Of a stretch of 64,000 bases of DNA, positions 55,378 to 64,000 are shown in pieces. The translations under genes were made by a program, and so were the position numbers. The notes under the pieces were generated by a model. It made no database searches and had not been told where the DNA came from. It saw nothing but the letters and a program-made list of their open reading frames with translations. This DNA comes from Syncephalis fuscata S228. Taxonomy: Eukaryota > Fungi > Zoopagomycota. The number at the start of each line of letters is the position of its first letter. Position 1 is the first letter of the stretch. The stretch lies in assembly GCA_025786725.1 (NCBI GenBank), contig JAHLTZ010000019.1, positions 62,001 through 126,000 of the forward strand, in the 5' to 3' direction.

Positions 55378-56349
55378 ATGGTACTCGATTCGCTGGTCGA
55401 TTTTGAATCTCACAACTCGATTACCTTTGAGCCAAGATCTAGAAAATACAGAAGTCGTAACATCAAAACATGTATCGTGGGCTTTTTCTTTGTGCTCGTT
55501 ATGCAGAATTTTGTGTCCAGCCTAAAGCTGTATCTTACGCGTGACCGCAAACTGCCCTATCTTTTCTGTCTTGCCCAAACTTCACTAATCGTGTGTGCAT
55601 GGTTAATTACCGCTGGCCATTCAATCTTTGGCGATCTTTGGGACTGCCGCGACGTGCTTTACGCTGATCTCATTTTCATTTCATGCAGTCTGGCCTGCAT
55701 CAACATCGTACTGCTACTCAAGGCCAATTCGATTCGCGCCGCTGCAGCTGCCACCAAAGAAGTCACTCGTTTGCCAATGATGGGTGTATCACGCCGCGTT
55801 TGGTCGTTCAGCTTGCTTAAAAATGGCGGATGGATCTGGCCGGTTGGTCTGTTGCTTATTGCTATTCCTATGGCACTGCGTTTATTTGCTTTATCGTTTT
55901 TGACTGAATTGAACCCGGAAGACTATTGCTATTTGCCTGTGCCTAGCACTGCTTGGTCAGCAAGTACATTAATCGCCGATTTGCTTTGTAATTCTTTTTT
56001 ATCTCTTTGTTTCCTATGGAAAATCCGCTCTTTTCTACGCAGAGAGCGCCCACTCGAAGTAATGCAGACTATTTACCGCGAAGGCTGGCTCCACGCCCTA
56101 GCTATTATTTTCTGCAGTACTGCCTGTGCTGTATTGGCCAAACTAGTTCCAACCTTCAACATCGTTTTTTATGCCGTTGACAGTAAGTAGCTTTATAAGC
56201 ATAGCATATTATGATTATAATAACTAACATTTCATCATCTAGTGGGCATTAATTCTACACTATTGGTACGCCAGCTTTCATTCCAAGTTCGACCTCGCGA
56301 AAACCAACGACGCCTTCCGTTGATGCACGAACGTAACCGCTCTTACTAG
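55378..56349 (+). CDS. Multi-pass (probably 7TM, GPCR-like) membrane protein; exons 55378-56182 and 56243-56349
   Basis: Six to seven hydrophobic helices, Cys in two extracellular loops (WDCR, DYCY), LLLKA and DLLCNSFLSLCF motifs. Intron keeps the frame. Confidence 0.7.
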
Positions 56350-56851
56350 TACCGGTATTAGCAACAAAATAATAATTGAAGTAACAGCAATGATTAATTG
56401 TTACTTTTCCTACACTTAATGACTTGGCCTATTATGTCTATGATCGGTCGCTACATCCTCCATACGAGCACGACACACTGGGTGTAGTTTGAATTAAAGC
56501 TCGATGGCTTCTTTGTACGTCTAGTCTCCACATGTCCTACAATAACTATCCACCCCAATAAGATCTCCATATCTATTGATTTGCGTATAATATGCACATT
56601 TATTATCACAGTACCAATACTATTTCCTATTAATCCTTATAAACATTGCTGATAATGTAAACACAGTTATTCACTCCATCTGCGCTTCCCTTTATATTTG
56701 TACTCAACAATAACACACACACACACATACACTAAACATTGGTCAATAAACCATTACATTTAATAACAGTTAAATCACCATTTTAATCATGGGACAGGGA
56801 CTTGGAAACATCCAGTGCCAATGCAGCCATTACCAGCTCCAATACAATCAA

Positions 56852-57489
56852 TTAACCATAGTTAAGACGGAATATATCGTTGAGCACGTAGTAGCTACCG
56901 CCGTCTGGGATAAGTTGGAAAGTTTGGTTGAACAATTGCGGATATGGGCTGTCATCGATCTGTATAATATCATTATTAATCATAATTAATAATCGTCGCC
57001 GTCGTCGTCATTATTGGTGCATATTAATGATAACTTACCAAAAGTTGACCGGTAATAGCGACAAGTAAACTACCGCTTTGTAGATTCGATGGCTGAACAT
57101 CTATGGTATTGACTTTATGTTGTACCTTTTGGAAAGGCAAGGACTAACCGATGACATACCGTTGATTCAGTATTAAGCGCCATTGATACAATCGGCAATT
57201 ACTTTCAAATACTTACCGTAAGCTTTTCGACAATAGAAGCAGCACCTTGATGGGGAGAGCCTTCGAAGGAAAGCATCGATTCAGGGCGCTACAATCCAGC
57301 AACAGCAAAACAGCAAGTGCCAGGAATCAAGTAGTCTGTTAGCTAACAAGATGATGCTACTATAATAACTACTACTTGGTCAGTATCTATGCTACTTACA
57401 TAAAGAGAGCTTAGATTGCTGCGATTGGTATCAAAGGTATTATAGTAAAAGTCCGTGAAGGATTTGCCAACAGAGTTGATATCTGCCAT
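56852..57489 (-). CDS. NTF2: Nuclear transport factor 2, multi-exon; absent from ORF track
   Basis: MADINSVGKSFTDFYYNTFDTNRSNLSSLY|RPESMLSFEG...IVEKLT|SLPFQKVQHKVNTIDVQP...|IDD...FNQTFQLIPDGGSYYVLNDIFRLNYG. Confidence 0.95.
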
Positions 57490-58919
57490 GATGAATTTAT
57501 TTAACAATCACGACTACGCTAACAGTAGAGATCAATAAGACTAGCCACGAATAATAGCAGCCAACGATGCGTTTGAACAAACAAGAAGACGATAGAATAG
57601 AAAGGAAAACAATTATTATGCACACATCGTATTTCAGCTAATAAAAAGTTACAGTTTTCAAAAGTATTATAGACTAATAGAATAGATTCAATGGCAATAA
57701 TAAACACTTATTAACATGCACATATTATAGAAATCTAGATTATTTATTTCTAGATGGAATATGAATCTACATTCTCGTAGTGATTATACTGATTTACAAT
57801 GATTTGGCAACTTGTCTGTAACCTCGACTCTAAATTGATTCGGCGATAACAAAAATATTCATGCCATTACCTCTCATTATATATCATCTAATAGTGTTTG
57901 CAAATCAAAATACAATACTAAATGTAGATTAATATTAAATAATCAAATTTGATTGAATTCGCTTAATTGAACTAACATTTGTTCTATCAAACATGATGAT
58001 GAGTGGTGATGAGTGACATCAGTCATCAAATACTCAGCATCATAGATTCATTATTCAGTATGCATATATACACCATTTATTATATTATTTCTGATTTATA
58101 CACATAATACTATATATCATTCTATGGTATATTAAACACGCTCTATTGTTTATGTGTTCCAATACACTTTACTCATTCGTAGTGTCATGTATACTATTGT
58201 TTTGATGCATTATTTATACTTTTCCATTGTATATTTATCTTATTATATATCTGTTTATTGCATGCTAGCTATGCTCTATTAGAAAATACTGTTCATTCTT
58301 AGTTAGCTTTATTTGTTATAAACCTCAAACTAGTTTGTTTATTTGCTATTATGCATGCTATAATGTCATCCCAGTATTCATACATTTTTGCTTGTTTATT
58401 AGGTATTTCATATATTATATGTTTTATTAATCAACATACTATCAATAGTAATATATAAGTATTTATAAATCCTTATAGCAATACATAATTTAGCTGGAAA
58501 CAGCATTTAATTATTAATTTGCATTATCCTTGTATTAATTTATACAAAATTTGTCTATCAGATAAATAATCAAAAGTAGTAAATATTAAAGATGCTCAAT
58601 GATTGGTGTATATTTTTTGCATAAATATTTAATAGATCTACACACACAAACGAGTATACACAAGCACTACTATTGACGATTCTCACCCTTCGAATCTCCT
58701 GCTTTCTTCTTCTATTTACTCGTTACTGACAACTTTCTACACGGTCGAGGTATATTCTTCAACTGTTAGTATTATTATATCCGGGAGTGGCTACTAGCCT
58801 TGTATTTGCTGCGCACAATCTATCGTTGAGCTATCAGTGATAGTCGTGGCAGAATACGTTGATATAATAGCCATATCACCAATAACAGCGGCGCGGCAAC
58901 GACAACTAGCTTCTTGTTT

Positions 58920-60826
58920 ATGGACCGATTCTCGGAGGTGGCCTCGCAGGATGGCGATGCGGCCAGTACCAGTTACTATTACTATCACGACAGCATTGCT
59001 GGTCGTCGACGTCGAGATCAGTTCGGCGCGGACAGCGTTGTAGACGACGAGAGCGTATTGGCCGCCGAGACTGCTTCACTCGCCATTAGTACCAATGGTG
59101 ATTTCGATAATCAATCACTATTAACGGATATTCGATCCGATGACGATGACGACGATGACGATGAAAGTATTAATGACGATGATACGGGAAGTCGACGTAA
59201 ACGACGAAATGGCAGTGGTAAAAATCACCGTCGATCACATTCAGTAGACGATGATGATGCGGCAACTGAGGATATTGAAGAGGCAGGTGACGATGAAGAT
59301 GGCTATGATGAAGATCATCTTGACAAAGAATTACCACCACACGCATGCCAGTAAGCATTAACACTTAATGATAACATACATACCATTGATCCATTGATAC
59401 TTTATTAATATACTAGATACTGCGGTATACACGCTCCTTCTTCAGTTGTAAAATGTCTTAGTTGTCAAAAATGGTTCTGCAACTCACGCGGTAACACATC
59501 AAGTTCTCATATTGTAAATCATTTAGTACGCGCCAAGCATAAAGAAGTAGTGCTACACGCAGATTCACCACTAGGTGATACAATTCTAGAGTGTTACAAT
59601 TGTGGTTGTCGCAATGTATTTGTGCTTGGATTTATACCAGCCAAAAGTGACACCGTTGTAGTACTGTTATGTCGGTAAGTAGTACTATATTATAATATAG
59701 TAATGTGTATAATAACACGTGTATTAATATAACCATTACTATTATTATTATTAGACAACCATGTGCTGCTGTACCCAGTAGTAAAGACATGGACTGGGAC
59801 ACTTCACAATGGCTTCCATTGATTGATGACCGATGCTTCTTGTCATGGTTAGTTAAAGTACCTAGTGAACAGGAACAATTACGGGCCCGCCAAATATCTA
59901 TGGAACAAATCAATAAACTTGAAGAATTGTGGAAAGATGATGGACAAGCGACCCTTGAAGACTTGGAGAAGCCACGCGTTGACGAAGAACCAAATCCTGT
60001 ATTACTTCGATACGAGGATGCTTATCAATACCAAAACATATTTGGTCCATTGGTAAAGATGGAGGCTGATCATGACCGTAAAGTAAAAGAGGCACAGGTA
60101 AATAGTTGAATAATTTGTTTAATGAATAGAATAACCAATATTAATACATTACAAATAACTAGACTCAAGATGATATCATTGTACGGTGGGATATGGGATT
60201 GAATCAAAAGCGATTAGCTTGGTTCTTTTTCCCCAAATATGAATTGGGTGGTAAGTGTTATTTTTATATATATATATATGAACAGTATGAATAGTATAAG
60301 TAATGGTGTTATTATTTAGAGGTACGATTGGCTGTTGGTGATGAATTACGTTTGAGATATCGTGGTGAATTAAATGATTTCTGGGAGTGTTCTGGTCATG
60401 TTATCAAGATTCCTAATAGTAAGTTGATATTATAATAGTTATTACAATAGTTATTTAATTATTTATATCATTGATTAGATATTAATGATGAAGTGTGTTT
60501 GGAATTACGTCGTAATGAAGGCACACCCATTCAATGCACACATAACTTTTCCATTGATTTTGTATGGAAATCAACAACATTTGATCGGTGAGTAATATTC
60601 AATAGATACCTGTATAATAATAATAATAATGTAAATTATAATGTAAATTATAACGTAAACTATAGAATGCAATTGGCTATGAAAACATTTGCGTTAGATG
60701 AGACATCAGTTAGTGGTTATATTTACCATCGATTATTAGGCCATGAAGTAGAACCACAAATTCTACGTACACAATTACCAAAAAAGTAAGATTAAAATCT
60801 ATTAATTTAATTAATTAACTAACTCA

Positions 60827-60868
<42 letters not shown>

Positions 60869-63439
60869 GATTCAGTGCACCTAGTCTACCTGAACTTAAC
60901 CATTCACAGGTGTATGCCGTTAAAAGTGTTTTACAAAAACCATTAAGTCTTATTCAAGGTCCACCTGGTACTGGTAAAACAGTTACTTGTTCAACCATTG
61001 TCTATCATCTAGCCAAGATGAATCCAGGTCAAGTACTCGTATGTGCACCAAGTAATGTGGCCGTTGATCAATTGACCGAGAAGATCCATCGTACTGGATT
61101 ACGTGTAGTTCGTATGGAAGCCAAATCACGTGAAGCGCTTGATTCACCGGTTAAATTCTTAACTTTACACGAACAAGTACACCATGATGACACCAACACT
61201 GAACTACAAAAGCTTATTATGTTAAAGACTGAACAAGGTGAATTAAGCAGTATGGATGAAAAGAAATACAAAAGCTTAAAACGCGCATGTGAACGAAAGA
61301 TCCTTCAAGTAAGTATTATACATATACATATACATATACATATACACACATATATATATAAACAAATACTAATTATATTTATAGAATGCCGATGTTATAT
61401 TATGTACATGTGCTGGTGCCGGTGATCCACGTTTATCCAAAATCCGTTTTCGAACTGTATTGATTGATGAAGCAACCCAATCAGCCGAGCCTGAATGTAT
61501 GATTCCCTTAGTATTGGGTGTTAAACAAGCGGTGCTTGTGGGTGACCACCAGCAATTAGGACCGGTTATTATGAATAAGAAAGCAGCCAAGGCCGGATTG
61601 TGTCAGTCATTATTTGAACGGCTTGTTATCTAGGTATTCGCCCTATTCGACTTCAAGTACAATACCGTATGCATCCATGTCTTAGCGACTTTCCAAGTAA
61701 TATGTTCTATGAAGGCACCCTACAAAACGGTGTCACTACTCAAGAGAGATTACGTAAAAACGTCGCCTTTCCCTGGCCCGTACCAGAAACACCGATGTTC
61801 TTCCACTCCAATCTTGGTCAAGAAGAAATATCCACCAGTGGTACATCCTATCTAAATCGGTATGTAATCATTAATCTTTATATTAATAATACTAATACAA
61901 ATAATCTTTTGTAGAACTGAAGCATCTACATGCGAGAAGATAGTTACTCGTTTCTTAAAAGTCGGTATTAAACCATCACAAATTGGTATTATTACTCCTT
62001 ATGAAGGTCAACGTAGCTATATTGTAAGCTATATGCAATTTAATGGATCACAACATAAAGATCTCTATAAAGAAATCGAAGTGGCCAGTGTAGATGCCTT
62101 CCAAGGTCGTGAAAAGGACTATATCATTCTTAGTTGTGTTCGTAGTAATGAACACCAAGGCATTGGTTTTCTTACTGATCCACGTCGATTAAATGTGGCT
62201 CTTACCCGGGCCAGATTTGGTTTGGCCATTTAGGTAATCCCAAAGTATTAAGCAAGGTAAATAGAAATAGAATAACAAACAACCACTCTCTAATAATAAT
62301 AATAACCACTACAATAATGATAGCATCCATTATGGCATCATTTATTGACCCATTTCAAGGATAAAGATTGCTTAGTTGAAGGACCACTTAGTCATCTTAA
62401 ACCAAGTATGATTCAATTTAGTCGTCCTCGTAAAGCATGGACAATGCAAGATAAATTCCAACATGGTATTGTTCATCAAGTAGATGCCCGTGAAGCACTA
62501 GGACGTGCACCCATGATGGCCAATGAATGTAAGTCTTTATAAATATAACTAATATAACTAATATAATAACATATATATACATATATATTGTATAGATCGA
62601 CGTGATTTACCAACTAGATCAGGCACTTCTCGTGACTATGCCCGTACACACGATGCTGTGGGATATATATCTTCAGATGCATCAGGTAATCCATTACCAC
62701 CACAAGCTCAATTCTCTATTCCATTACTGCCTACACCATCGGGTCCATTCTCACAAGATTGACACAACGTCGTCCATTCCCTAATAATAATAATAATAAT
62801 TTGGATACAGCATCTAATTCTATTAATGGTAACAACAATAATGGTTATACGAGTGATACACGATCATTTGCCGATAGTTATGCCGCTTCTCTTTATTCAC
62901 AAGATTTAAGTAATTATCCATCGACATCTACCATAAACACTTATCAACAACAACAAACATCGATGGCTTATCATCCTAATTCAATGGGATTATCTCAATC
63001 AGATAGATTACGTATGTCATCACATCAACCACCTTCATCATCATCACATCAACTACCACCACCACCATCCATCATCATCATCATTACCACCACCCTCATT
63101 ACAATCATCATCTAATATGATATCAATGCACTCTATAGGATTAAATAATAGTCATATCAATCAACATTTAGGATCAACTAGTGGTAATATACCACCATTA
63201 ACTACATCACAACAACAACAACACATCTTAATAATGGATTAACCGCTAGATCAGCTGCGGTATTTCTTAATGATTACAAATCACAAGCCGGTGATGATCT
63301 AAGTAGTTTAGCAGCTGAATCACTTGATTATAGATCACAAGCAGGATCTATTGATACACGATCACAATTGGGTAGTTCATTTGATACACGATCACAAACC
63401 GGATCTGATGTGTACAGTCAAGGATGTACTCGTTTCTAG
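58920..63439 (+). CDS. UPF1: Nonsense-mediated decay RNA helicase Upf1 (Nam7)
   Basis: LPPHACQYCGIH CH domain, [48 protein letters not shown]-rich tail. Apparent 1-nt deletions near 61630, 62230 and in the low-complexity tail. Confidence 0.95.
60829..60868. repeat. (ATT)n microsatellite at the 3' end of a UPF1 intron
   Basis: Roughly 13 tandem ATT units immediately before the AG acceptor. Confidence 0.9.
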
Positions 63440-64000
63440 TCTATATTAATTATTACGGTTGTTATTATTGCTGTTATATTACTGTTACTGTTACTATTTA
63501 TTATTATCGATGGTCATGACCATAATAATGATGACGACTATTAGTCATTACTATCATTATTAACTAGTCAATTGAATTGCTGTCCATAAGCAAACCAACG
63601 AATGATAAATGAAAGAACGAACGATAAGTAAATCAGCAAGTAAGAGGATGTTTAAAGACGTGATACGCGTGTCTATTCCCAAGTTGTTTTCTCTAAACTC
63701 TTATGGTCTGTAGAATGTATTAATATACACGCCAATGAAACAACAATAATAATGGAGATGATGATGATGATGATGATGATGATGACAAGTTATATAAATA
63801 CAAATGTGACACAAAAAACAATGACACTAGAAAACAATTAAATGAATGAATATTATTGAATCATATCAATAAACACTAGTCCTCATCATTACTACTAATT
63901 AATTAATATATTAATCAAAAGTGTTTATTAATCATCGGTTACCATTCCTTCAGTATCCTCTTCAAATGATGCCATACTATTATCTTCTACTAATGGATCC

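Noticed and set aside
57993-58095. Box C/D snoRNA (ATGATGA...CTGA)
   Set aside because: GAT-rich low complexity, no terminal stem, no rRNA guide recognised.

Overview
Eukaryotic, intron-rich, AT-rich fungal DNA. The gene content (DMPK/ROCK-type kinase, LRRC58-like protein, expanded F-box and 7TM families, AA11 LPMO) points to an early-diverging fungus, plausibly a zoopagomycete such as Syncephalis (inference). About 23 protein genes can be supported: CK1, two divergent metallothioneins (one below the ORF-track cutoff), a ROCK/MRCK-like kinase, a reticulon, PCBD, HEM2, a DUF1749 hydrolase, DRS1, a PB1-UBA protein, RCHY1, a small CHCH-like protein, UTP13, an LRR protein, an AA11 LPMO, a mitochondrial carrier, DRE2, TSR1, KRR1, a 7TM protein, NTF2, UPF1 and one orphan secreted protein. 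There are also three pseudogenes and two identical copies of a 672-bp inverted-repeat element. The most unusual feature is an ORF-less array at about 18420-19430 of 12 diverged ~80-bp units, each built like a spliceosomal intron (GTAAGT...branch point...YAG) and separated by exactly 3 variable nucleotides, i.e. a putative one-codon micro-exon array. Several essential genes carry single-base deletions, most likely assembly errors, so frameshifts alone were not taken as proof of pseudogenes. All calls are by eye; no database searches were run.
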